Positions 1 to 11,659 of a stretch of 64,000 nucleotides of DNA are shown one piece after another; the first letter of the stretch is position 1, and every line of letters begins with the position of its first letter. The DNA is from Octopus vulgaris. Taxonomy: Eukaryota. The DNA lies in NCBI GenBank assembly GCA_951406725.2, contig OX597814.1, positions 196,106,001 to 196,170,000 of the forward strand, in the 5' to 3' direction. A program made the position numbers and the translations under genes. The notes beneath the pieces were generated by a model. It ran no database searches and had not been told where the DNA came from. It worked only from the letters and a program-made list of their open reading frames with translations.

Positions 1-82
1 CATACAAGCACACACGCAAACACACGCTCACACACACACACACTCATGCACACACCTATATATGTGTGTGTATGTATATGTA

Positions 83-128
<46 letters not shown>

Positions 129-129
129 T

Positions 130-208
<79 letters not shown>

Positions 209-240
209 TATATATGTATATATATGCATATATATATATA
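1..240. repeat. (CA)n/(TA)n compound microsatellite
   Basis: Visible directly; explains the YIYIYI ORFs. Confidence 0.95.
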
Positions 241-340
241 AAGTTAATCCAAACAAGAAAGCACAAAAAAACACAACAACGCGAGGACGTGGAACAAATA
301 TAGTATGATTGGACGCTCAGGAAAGAAGGAAAGAAGGAGG

Positions 341-375
341 GTTTAACGTTTCGAGAGGAGCTCTTCGTCGGAAAC
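341..375 (-). ncRNA. Minimal type I hammerhead motif, U4C variant
   Basis: Minus strand: GTTT CCGACGA A GAGCTCCTCTC GAAA CG TT AAAC. Confidence 0.7.
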
Positions 376-964
376 ATAGGAGAAGGAAAGATCCTGAAAA
401 GAAAAGACAGAAGAAAAAAATCGCCAACGTACCGTCACATCTGGGGTCACATTTTGAAAGACCGGAAGGAAAAGGGTGAAGAAAGATGTTTTCAAAGACA
501 GAAGAGTAGTATTGTCAAAGACAGCAGAATGGTAGGAGGGAGAATGTGTGTGTAAGTGTGGATATGAGCGTGCGCGGAGGTCTGCGTGTGCGTGTGTATG
601 TGTGTGTTGTTGTAGCTGTAAACAAAGGGCTACTAGTGGGCTGGCTAGTTTGTAAGGCTAGTAGAATAAGGAGTGGTGTTTTTGTCCCTGCCACAGGTCA
701 GTCCTGTTACTTTGAAGTATGTATGTGTGTGCGTATATGTATATGTATCGTGTGTGTGTTTTGTTTGTAGTGTGTGTGTGTGTATGTATGTGTGTGTTCG
801 TGTGTGTATGCGTAGAGTTTGGGTGTGTGGCGAATAACTGTGCTATACTTAGTGTATGTGTGCGTGTGTGCATGTACGTGCGTATGTGTGTATATACGTA
901 TGTATAATTGTCTGCATGTATGTATAATTGTGTGCCGTGTGTATGGGATGTATGTGTGGGTTCA

Positions 965-999
<35 letters not shown>

Positions 1000-1532
1000 G
1001 CGTGCGTGTCGTATGTGCGTGTAGTTGTGTGTGCGTGTACGTGTGCGTTTGTATGTGTGTATGTGTAAGCGTATATGGATGTATATGCGTGTATCCGTAG
1101 GGTTGTGAGTTTTGGGTGTGTGCATTGGTGTGCGTGTGTGCGTGCGTATGTGTGCGCATGTTTATGTGTGCGTATCTGTATGAGTATTGTTTGTTGGAGG
1201 TATATGTGGGCATCTGTGTTGGTGTGTGTGTTTGTACGTGTGTATGTGTGTGTGCGTGTATTGTATATATATATATATATATATGTGTGTATGTGTGTGT
1301 ATACGTGCGTGCGATTGAATGTATGTATACATGTGCGTGTGTGTACAAATGTAGAGGTTTATATGTGTGTATATATATGTATGCAAGCACGCACGTTATA
1401 GTTGCAAGATTGATGGAAAAAATTTGTGAGGGCGTATAATCCAAACATGAATAAAGAGAAAACACAACAACGCGAGGAGGTGGAACAAGTATATTGTTAC
1501 TGGAGGCTCAGGAAAGGAAAGAAAGAAGGAGG

Positions 1533-1567
1533 ATTAAATGCTTCGAGCGGAGCTCTTCGTCAGAAAT
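1533..1567 (-). ncRNA. Degenerate hammerhead motif (P1 copy)
   Basis: Minus strand: ATTT CTGACGA A GAGC TCC GCTC GAAG CATTTAAT; 3' core decayed. Confidence 0.55.
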
Positions 1568-2020
1568 ATAGGAAAAAGGAAAAGTCCAAAGAAGGGAAGA
1601 CGGAGAAAGAAAATTGCCAACGATGCACAGGCGGTCACATATTGGAATAGCCGGAAGGGAATGGGTGAAGAGAAAAAGTTATTTCAAAGACAGGAGTGTG
1701 TAAGAGAAGGAGGCATGTGTGTGTATGTGCGTGCGCGCTGTTGTGTGTGTGTGTGTGTGTGTGTGATTGTGGCTGTTTATGTATGTGGTAGGGCTTAGTA
1801 TCGTTTAGGTCGTAGGAAGAATTTATAGTAAGAATTTTGGTAGGAGTGGCTGCCTGTTGTGTGTCTACCTACACATGTGCGATGGAGAATGGTGAGTAGA
1901 AAGTACCGGTAGTTTGAAGTATGTGTGTGTGCGTGTATGTATATGTAGTGTGTATGTATGTGTCTGTTCGTGTGTATATGCATATATATATATGTATATA
2001 TATATGTATATATATATATA

Positions 2021-2629
2021 TAAATAAAAAATAAGTGTGAAAAAATTGGATATTAATTTAATAACATCAATTTAACACCAAGTGGTTTAGCGCATAAAAA
2101 CTAGGATTTAGTAAACATTAATACACAAATATGAGAGAGGATCCACTATGCGGACGCTCTTGCGCTAAAAACACTTGGTGTTAAATTGATGTTATTAAAT
2201 TAATATCCAATTTTTTCACCCTTATTTTTGATTTTAATTATACTGCAGTAAATTATTTATGCAGTATTTGTTTTCGGGAATTTTGGCGCGCTATAACGAG
2301 GGCATTCGAATCATAACTGCGAATATAATAGGCTGAACTACACGTGTGTTTGAGTTTATGTTAAAATCTGGCGTGCAGTTCAACAAATTATATTCATGAC
2401 AAGTTCTATTGATGAGCTGTGGATTTATTGTGTAAGTAAAATTGCATAATCTATTAACAGTGAAACAATTGTCTAGAATTGATCTACATTTTTGTTATTT
2501 TTTATTTGTCCTGCTCGCTTACGTTCATAGTTGTGCTAATTCTCCTTGGGAACAATTCTTGGTGGTTGAGACCATTGCGGATCTATTTTTAGCGCAAGAG
2601 CGTCCACATAGTGGATCCTCTCTTATATT

Positions 2630-2632
<3 letters not shown>
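2021..2632 (+). mobile_element. PLE-like non-coding element with nested inverted repeats, between (TA)n tracts
   Basis: 2023-2094 inverted to 2161-2234; 2124-2170 inverted to 2586-2632; HHR at 2404. Confidence 0.7.
2404..2478 (+). ncRNA. Type I hammerhead motif with C3U substitution
   Basis: TTCTA TTGATGA GCTGT..ACAGT GAAA CAATTG TC TAGAA: 5-bp stem I, 5-bp stem II, palindromic stem III. Confidence 0.75.
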
Positions 2633-2671
<39 letters not shown>

Positions 2672-3248
2672 TTTGGCTAGTACACAATTTCTGTTTGCAA
2701 GATTCATTTACAAATAATTGTTCGTGCCAAGTCTACAATATAAAACACCAGCTCAAGGCGCCACGCATTGAAGCTGAACCCAAAACTATGTAATGGCAAA
2801 GCGAGCTCTTAAAGCACACAACCACGGCAAACACCATAAGTCTCTGAGGAAAAAGACAAGTTGGTCAGAGCGAGGAAGTTATTGATGCTCTATCTATCTA
2901 TCTGGTAAAACAGCAACAACGAGCCGACATGAGATTCACTACGTGGTATCTTGACATGCTAGAAAAATCAGCTAAATTCTTCTTCAATCACAGTATACTA
3001 TTTTAGAAGAAGCAACGTTGCGTAATATGGTCCGGTTATAGAAAACAGAAAGAAAGATCACGCTTCATACATTGTCGTTCCAGCTCTGTTTGATCAGACC
3101 TTACTTAGAAGGACGTATGAGTGAATTTGTGGCTATTTCTAGTAGTGAATGTAGCCTATGAGAGGCACCTTCGTTGCGTTATGCATTCAAACATACATGT
3201 ATCCACATACATACACATTAATAGATACGTATATAATACATCGTTGCA

Positions 3249-3590
3249 CTCTGTCGGTTACGACGACGTGGGTTCCAGTTGATCGGATCACATGTCACAT
3301 GAAAGAACCGCAAGTTGGCTTCTAGAAGACCAGAAGAAGAGCCAACAGGTAGAGACCTCGGGGTAGACCAAAATCGTGACAGCACATCAATATTCACATT
3401 TTCAGTTGGTCCTGTTTGGAAATCCAGCCGGAATGTCTGACGGTAGTTGCTTCAATTTGGACCCAATGGAGGTTTTGTGGCGGGATTGAGGACTCTACCC
3501 TACCAGCCTTCCAGGAACATTCGGCGAGGGTGCTCTTCGGCGAGTGTCCGAGGCTCGTGAAATTAACGTGCAAGTGGTTGAGCACATTTT
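3249..3590. mobile_element. SINE family C tail fragment (-) interrupted by an RTE-like LINE 3' fragment (+)
   Basis: 3249-3290 and 3552-3585 match the SINE C tail; the insert encodes RPRGRPK..SWSCLEIQPE-like residues. Confidence 0.5.
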
Positions 3591-3972
3591 CGGGGTCAAT
3601 AAATTAAATACCAGTTGAGTACTGGTGTCGATGTAATCGACTTACCGCCTCCTCCAAAATTCCAGGCCTTATGCCTACAGTAGAAAGAATTATTATTAAG
3701 CAAGTGAAGGAATGAGATTTTCTTGGAAAAAGGTTCTAATTTGTCTCACATGATAGCGAACTGGAGAACCGCTTGCGCGTCGACCAAAATGCTTAGCGGT
3801 ATCTATTCCGGATTTTTAAGTGCTGAGCTCACATCCCAGTGAGGTCATCGTTACCGTTCATTATCTCAAGATCGATAAATTAAAGTACTAGTTAAACGCT
3901 AAAGTTTGTGTAATCGATTATCCCTTTCCGGATAATTTACAGCCTTGTAATAACATTTGAAACAATTTAGAT

Positions 3973-4419
3973 AATGTTGTATTTAGGAATGGTCATGTTG
4001 CCAGTTTAGCCAATAAAAACACACGCACTATATATTTGGTGTTAATTTGCTACAGCTTTATTTATTTTTTACATTGATTTTAATTACATTTCGGCCAGAG
4101 TTCTTTCGTCGCACTTCTGTGACCTCATCAGTGGTCCTTTGCTTTCTTCTTTCTTATTTGTGTGTCTCTCCTTACTAACGGTCAGCCATGTTGTATGTTG
4201 TATTCCTATTGTATGTGTCTTTATTTGCGCATGCGTATATTCCTATGTATGTTTATGTTTAGTTAGTATGTGTGGGGGGAAGTGCTTGTAAAATTCGTAT
4301 TTCCTGTGTGTGCGTGTGTTTTATTGTCTAAACTGGTAACATGACCATTCCTAAATACAACATCTGTTTCAACACACGATTTCACATCAAGAATCTTGCA
4401 AAACAAATACATAAACATA
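3973..4419. mobile_element. PLE-like element with inverted terminus and probable 9-bp TSD (aatttagat)
   Basis: 3974-4028 inverted to 4310-4363; aatttagat at 3964 and 4420; homologous to 46870-47065. Confidence 0.7.
4095..4134 (-). ncRNA. Minimal type I hammerhead motif
   Basis: Minus strand: CCA CTGATGA G GTCACAGAAGTGCGAC GAAA GAAC TC TGG. Confidence 0.7.
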
Positions 4420-4924
4420 AATTTAGATGAGTTTTTGTTTGGGAGCCATGGGCAGTCTCAGGCGGATTAGTATTAAAAGTGCAGCCATTACTACCCAGTT
4501 CCATCATTAGTTCCTCCGTCATTGTCGATGATGACCAAAGTCATCACATGGGAGAAGAAGACGAGGCACAGTGTGTCCGCCTGTTACCAATCAGTCCGAA
4601 GTGTGCTCGGAAGGTCAGCCGCACGTCGGACACTGATGGTGCTTTGGGACTAAAGACAAGGAGTTTGCTCTCATTAAAACAATAGAAAATACCACGTTAA
4701 TGTATCACTCTTTGATTCCAACACTTCTCAGACAGTTTATTTTACCAATTCTCTTCTCTCAACCGCGCTTTGTCTATTGTGTTTGACTCGCATCGTTTAT
4801 TTCTCTTCTTTAGAATTTCTGCCGTTTTTTTTTCCTGCTTTTAACGTTTTGTAGCTTGATAAAAAACACATACTCCTTGTTAGCAACTAATAAGGTTCGA
4901 TGCTTTGACCCATAACAAACGTGT

Positions 4925-5021
<97 letters not shown>

Positions 5022-5049
5022 ACAACCATTAATACTACTGCTGCTGCTA

Positions 5050-5089
<40 letters not shown>

Positions 5090-5122
5090 CACTACTCTTA
5101 CTACTACCACTACAACCACCAA

Positions 5123-5158
<36 letters not shown>

Positions 5159-5203
5159 CACTACTACCACTACTACCACCACCACCACAAACCACCACCA
5201 CAA

Positions 5204-5280
<77 letters not shown>

Positions 5281-5281
5281 A

Positions 5282-5316
<35 letters not shown>

Positions 5317-5330
5317 AACTGCTGCTGCTA
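4925..5330. repeat. Compound (ACT)n/(GCT)n/(ACC)n trinucleotide array
   Basis: Visible directly. Confidence 0.95.
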
Positions 5331-5594
5331 CGTTGCCCAGAAATTTAGTACTAAGCACACCCAGAGTTTATCAAATTCATGAATTAAGTAATAACTTCAC
5401 CCTACACGAAGGGACGTCCATTTATAATCCTTCTCGATTTGCAGCAGAACCCAGAATCACAAGAGATCCAATAACTACGTAGTAAGCAAGCACCTTACCA
5501 CACACTTCTGTATTTCGTTTCTGTATTACTTCATATTTACAGTATTCGCTAAGTTTACCATTAAAAATAGCTTATACGCTTAAATAGTAAGGGA

Positions 5595-5870
5595 TTATGT
5601 CTTAGTGGTTAGAGTGCTGCGCTGACGATCGCGAGAGCGTGGGTTCAATTCCCGCAACCGAGCTGCGTGTTCGGTCCTTGAGAAAAACACTACATATCAC
5701 AATGCTCTGCGATCACCGTGCACCTGTTTAGTTAATGTCGATGTGATGGAGGGAGTGGTCAGATGTGCAATACGAACATTCGATCATTCCTAATCAAATC
5801 ATCTAGGCAGCTGATTCAGCAAGAATTTGCAGAAGCGTCTTTCTCGAACCTAACAGGCTACCATACAATA
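5595..5870 (+). mobile_element. Old tRNA-derived SINE (family D-like)
   Basis: tagtggttagag A-box-like, ggttcaattccc B-box-like, gtccttgagaaaaacact core. Confidence 0.6.
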
Positions 5871-6045
5871 TACTTGAATAATTATGAAGTCAGAGGGCGC
5901 TACGTTTGATTTATTGTAGCGTGACCCAACACAATGCAATTCCTAGTTGAATGATGGAGTTTAATGTGTTAACACCCAACCACTCCGTAAACTTATATAC
6001 AATGGACTCCATACGTTGTTATTAAATAGAATAGAAAACTAGTTA

Positions 6046-6958
6046 CCGTAAATCCTCGAGTATAATCCGCATTTCCCCCCCAAACTTTAAAGGTCGAAAT
6101 CCCTAGTGCGTACTATATATGAGGTTAAAAATGAAAAATATTTTCTAAGCAATGTCCGAGTCTCTATTTGCTGCCCAGCAATGTTTATTCAGACGCATTT
6201 TGTGATGTCGGGCGCGAAAATACCTTAAGCTAAGCCTGAAAGCAATGAAGTCATAAAAGAATCATGAATAACTTGTAGTAAGCAAATTTATTAAATGTTA
6301 TTACTGTTATTTCTTTACTTTCTGCAAACAAAATGCACAAAAAAGCTACACGTTTGAATTATGTTATATCTTTATATATAAAAGTCAAGTTGTGTGTCTG
6401 TCTCCTACGATTTAGATTCCTAACTACTCCCACATTTTGCGGTGCAGTGTAACCAAAAGCGGGTATCTTATAGTCGTGATTCATATCGAGCCCTTCTGGG
6501 TATTAGCGCGCGTCTACGATTTAAAAAGTAATTTACCATCATTTTTTTCCATTTTAATGCATTTTTTTTCGCTATTATATAAGGGAAGTAATTCTCTAAA
6601 AATGTCTACGATGAGTCAACGATTTAAAAAAAAAATTTACCATAATTTTTTTTCCATTTTTAGTGCATTTTTTTCTATTTTTTGGCTATAACTCTCCAAA
6701 AATGCTTATATAGTTATTTCCCTTACAAACCCGAGCAACGCCGGGCGATACTGCTAGTATACAATAATAATAAAGGACGTTACCTTATACATTTTTACAA
6801 ACCAAGGACGTAATAATAACCTCCTGGATTCAAGTCAGAGAAGGGGTGTATATTATACATAAAGTTTAGGTTTTTCATTTAGGTTTTTCAGAGGTACAGC
6901 CCCCTAAAAATCCCCTGCGTATTATACTCAAGGGCGGACTATACTCGAGGATTTACGG
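6046..6958. mobile_element. pogo/Tigger-like non-autonomous DNA transposon
   Basis: TA + ccgtaaatcctcgagtataatccgc ... gcggactatactcgaggatttacgg + TA. Confidence 0.85.
6369..6757 (+). mobile_element. Non-autonomous Helitron nested in the pogo-like MITE
   Basis: 5' TC, 3' CTAG, subterminal hairpin cccgagcaacgccggg, inserted between A and T, no TSD. Confidence 0.85.
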
Positions 6959-8499
6959 TAAGTTAAAATGGTAGCCAAATCTCCCTCATATTGCGTGCTG
7001 CCGTTTAAGTTAGGAATACTTATGAGGGTGTGTAGCACTTCAAGATATACATACAGGGTAAATGGTCATATCTGGACTGCCTCTGATAATGGACCAGCCA
7101 GATCACGGCTGATTTAGGGCTACATTGTAATGCAAACCTCCAATGTCTTTCATATCATCAACATAACCAGAGAACACCAATAAATGACCCACGATCATAT
7201 TCAATTTCGATGTACAATGCACATTATATAAATGCATCACACATGTAGCACACAAAAAAATGGTCAGGACAAAAAAGATTAGTAAAAGTTCGGCATTGAT
7301 AGCCTCATTGACCAGAAACACTATTCTGCGAAATACACTGAGTAACTAGTTGTCATAGTATTTATAACAGTGGTGCGATTTTTTTAACCTTTGAACCCAT
7401 AAGGGGTAACAATAGCTGTCACGTTAGGATCAAAGCTACAATATATGACTCTTTTGTAGTCCACACCTGAATTTGTTAAGCGTACGGGAATAGGCTGGGC
7501 AATACAGAGTACAACATATCTGGACTGTCACTCTATATCAAATACGATTAACAACGGAGGTCGAAATGTGCTGTAGGAATCTGAACTATACGGAAGTACG
7601 GTATATTTGTATGTAAAGATAAGTAAATCGCACTTTGTCCTATAGTTGGCTACATACATGGTACAGTTTTGTCTGATCTGAGTTGCCTCGGAGCTGACTA
7701 CGTAGCAACAAAAACAAAACAACTGCTACAATAGTCACAAACATTTCATCCTTTGCTCTTAACAAGGTGTAGCCGTTAATGTGACACAACGTTCAAGTTA
7801 ACAAATCAACATCCCCTTCAATGTAGATCTAAAAACATAGAAACCATCAATGGAAGGAAAATAACAGAAAAACCTCAAGTCATTACACGATTCCGGGTTT
7901 AAAATTTAGAGAACTGTCTTAAAAATGGAAGCTTCAAGTGAGGCAGCAAAGCAACAAAATAATCTTATATGTAATTTATATACTTGGATTTCAGTGATAG
8001 ATATCTAAGAAGATGCAACTTGCCTCTGGCTGTTATGTGAAAAGGAGAACCCTGAGGTGTGTATCATATTGTGTTATATTTAATGCAATGCAGTTTCATA
8101 AGATTACAAGAACAGAATGTTTGACAACCTGTATTAACATGTGCGCTAGATATACACTTATATAATGCTATATTCAATATGTTATTTGTAAATTGATTAT
8201 CACCAATAGCAATTATGTATGTTCTAGCGATGCTAGCAGATTCAGTAAAGGTAAAGTTATACTCCGTAGCTATCGGATAGACGTCGTCAGGTCGTGTGCA
8301 ACTTTCGTTGTGTATTTCCACATTAAACCACTATGTCCCCCGTCGATATTATTGCCAGAGAAACGCACGGATTAAGATTGTATTAATATGGCCGCTAGAA
8401 TGGTTTCGTTCTGACACTGAATACGATACCTCTTTCTTCATTTGAATAAGTGTTTAGTTCAGTTAACCACTGTATAGAAAGATGCCACATCCTTTATTA

Positions 8500-9385
8500 T
8501 TTTCATTTCAGATTTTGGCTCAAGGCCAGTAATTTCGTGGGAGAGATTAAATCAATGACATCGACTCTAGTGATTAAATGGTACATTTTTTTATCGACCC
8601 AGAAAGGATGAAAGCCAAACTTGACCCCGGCGTTATTTGGACTCAAAAAGTAAAGAGAGACGAAAGCGGTTTGATATTTTGCGAGGCGTCCAGGCGTTGT
8701 AACGATTTTGCCATCTCGCCGCTTTTATAATGAATGTAATATCAATTTCAAATTTTGGGACAAAGCCTGCAATTCCTACAGGGAAAGGGACTAGTCAATT
8801 ATATCGATCCCAGGCGAGCTGGCAGAAACGTTAGCACGTCGGACGAAATGCTTAGCGGTATTTCGTCTGCCGTTACGTTCTGAGTTCAAATTCCGCCGAG
8901 GTCGACTTTGCCTTTCATCCTTTCGGGGTCGATAAATTAAGTACCAGTTACGCACTGGGGTCGATATAATCGACTTAATCCGTTTGTCTGCCCATGTTTG
9001 TCCTCTCTGTGTTTAGCCCCTTGTGGGTAGTAAAGAAATATATATCGATCTCAGTGTTTCACTGGTATTTATTTTATCGACCCTGAAAAGATGAAAGGCA
9101 AAATCGACTTCGTCGTCAATTGAACCCAGAGCTTAAAGACGGATTATGATGAAAGCGATATTGCCAAAGGCGGTTAGTTCACAGAATTGTTAGCACGTCG
9201 GGCAAAATGCTTAGTACAGTTTCGTCTGGCGTTTTGTTCTAAGTTACAGTTCCACCTAAATTGATTTCGCTTTTCATATTTTCGGGGTCGATAAAATAAA
9301 TATCAGTTAAATACTGGGCTCAATGTGTTCAACCATTCCCACCCCGTAAAATTGCTGGCCCTGTGCCAAAACTTGCGACCAATAT
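8500..9385. mobile_element. Cluster of old SINE family A relatives on both strands
   Basis: Repeated atcgaccc..aaaggatgaaag core at ~8590 and ~9075 (-) and ~9270 (+). Confidence 0.7.
8814..9040 (+). mobile_element. SINE family A, young copy with 14-bp TSD
   Basis: gcgagctggcagaaacgttagc..gagttcaaattcc..gtcgactttgcctttcatcctttcggggtcga; tatatcgatc(c/t)cag on both flanks. Confidence 0.9.
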
Positions 9386-9439
9386 TACTTTCATTAAAAG
9401 CTGTAGGCTGGAGGATTTTTTATGACGATCTATCGTTAA

Positions 9440-9640
9440 AAGTGTCAAGACTATTGAAATGGTTGCAAGACGCAACGAAAATTTTAGGAAAATAAAAATA
9501 AGAAATAAGTGGAAATTTTACCGGTGAGTATATTAAATTATAAGGCACAAAAGGAAAACGACTCTCCCCAGACACAACAGAATATGCTTCAATACACGAA
9601 CTCATATAAAGAATCTTGCAAACCAAATCCCAAAACGACA
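9440..9640 (+). mobile_element. PLE-like pLTR fragment (family P3) with U3-A8 hammerhead motif at 9451-9487
   Basis: Homologous to 59001-59247 and 44959-45075; CTA TTGAAAT G GTTGC AAGAC GCAAC GAAA ATTT TAG. Confidence 0.7.
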
Positions 9641-10799
9641 TTTAATAAAAAGATTTTGCAGTATTTAGTCGGAATTATCTATGTTCTGAGTATAACTTTA
9701 CATTTCGTCTTACCGTGGTTAATAGAATAAAGTACCAACCAAAGAGTGGTGTTGATTATATCGACTAAATACTATTCTTTACAATATCTGGTCTTGTCTC
9801 CAACCTATTTTATATGAAAGTCCTCTCCACAGAGGGAGTTATCGCTTATGTGCGTATTATTATTGAATGCGTAGTTAAGCACAGGGTGTATAATCCCATC
9901 AGGAATTCTCGAAATATCTATCGTTTTATCATCCTTTGTGGATATATAAGTGAAGAGATAGAAATGCGAGTTATCATTATAGCTATAGAGATGTTATTTA
10001 TATTTTAATATGGATACGTTTATTATATATTATATCAGATGTAAGCAAACCTAGCGGAAACAAATGAATAAATGAAAGGAAGAAGTATATAATATTCATA
10101 TTCACGCAAAAATCCATCAGATTTCTGCTAGTTTTATAAATGCTAGGGATAAGGTAGATCACATTTTATAGTATATCGGTTTTAGAGGTTCAGGGAAGAT
10201 ACCTTTTCATATTTGACAACTATAAAGGATTATAAAATTGCTATCATCATAAAAGAACCTTTTACACCAAGTATTTTCCAGTATAATGATTTAATTTTCA
10301 ATCTTTGGAATCTCTCATGAAACCTAATGCAAATTTTGAAGCTGCATTTAAAATCCCATCCAACATTGGAATCAAAGAAAAGAAAAACAACCCGAAAATA
10401 TTAAATCTAACTACAGGTGAAAGAAGAAGTAAGAGGGTTTATAGTCAGGCTATAAAAAGAAATTAGAAAAGAAGAAAAAAAAAAGAAATTAATTACTTTT
10501 GCAGTAGCTTAGAAGCATTTAGAGCAAACGATAATGATAACAAACAAATAAAAAGAGATATTAACTTAAAACTCAAGGATAATGAATTCAAATTTGCGAA
10601 TAGAGATTTTCTATATTTTAGGTGTTTTGTTTTTTGTTTTGGTGTGATGTCAGCAGCACGCTTCATTGTTTTTGTTTTTGTTTTATTGTTGCTAGACTTA
10701 GTACGGCTTTAATGGGAATTAAACGAGCTTGATACTATCATTAAAGGAATATATAACAAATGGTAGAAATGGATCAAAGTTCAACGAAATATTATTGGT

Positions 10800-10806
10800 G
10801 ATGATA

Positions 10807-10897
<91 letters not shown>

Positions 10898-10961
10898 TAA
10901 TAATAATAATAATGATAATGATAATAATAATAATAGTAATAATAATGAAAATAATAATGAA

Positions 10962-10996
<35 letters not shown>

Positions 10997-11222
10997 TAAT
11001 AATAATAATAGTAATAATAATGAAAATAATAATAATAATAATAATAATGGAGATAATAATAATAATAATAATAATGATAATAATAATAATAGTAATAATA
11101 ATAATAATATTATAATGATAATAATAATAATAATAATGATGATAATAATAATAATAATGATAGTAATAATAATAATAATAATATTAATAATAATGATAAT
11201 AATAATAATAGTAATAATAATG

Positions 11223-11265
<43 letters not shown>

Positions 11266-11285
11266 TAATAATAATAATAATATCG

Positions 11286-11332
<47 letters not shown>

Positions 11333-11354
11333 TAATAATAGTAATAATAATGAA

Positions 11355-11389
<35 letters not shown>

Positions 11390-11402
11390 TAATAACAATA
11401 AT
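10800..11402. repeat. ~600-bp (AAT)n microsatellite
   Basis: Visible directly. Confidence 0.97.
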
Positions 11403-11659
11403 CCTTTCTGTTATAGGCAAAAATCCAGAAATATTGCGGGAGGCGAAGTCAATTACATCGACCCCCAGTGCGTAACTGTTTTCATCGATCTCCGAAAGGA
11501 TGAAAGGCAAAGTCAACCTTACAACGGTTTCAAATTTTGGCACAAGGCCAACAATTTTGGAGAAGGGGATATTTTCGATTACATAACAGTAACAACAACA
11601 ACAATAATAACGCTGCGCTTGATACCACTGACACTGATTCTGAGGAAAGCAAAAGCTGG

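Larger units (their letters stand above)
241..1982 (-). mobile_element. Two tandem diverged copies of a non-coding PLE-like pLTR element (family P1) with (TG)n-rich bodies
   Basis: 241-800 and 1436-1982 are homologous (aatccaaaca..acacaacaacgcgagga.gtggaacaa); third copy at 47185-47390 (+); each carries an HHR motif. Confidence 0.7.
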
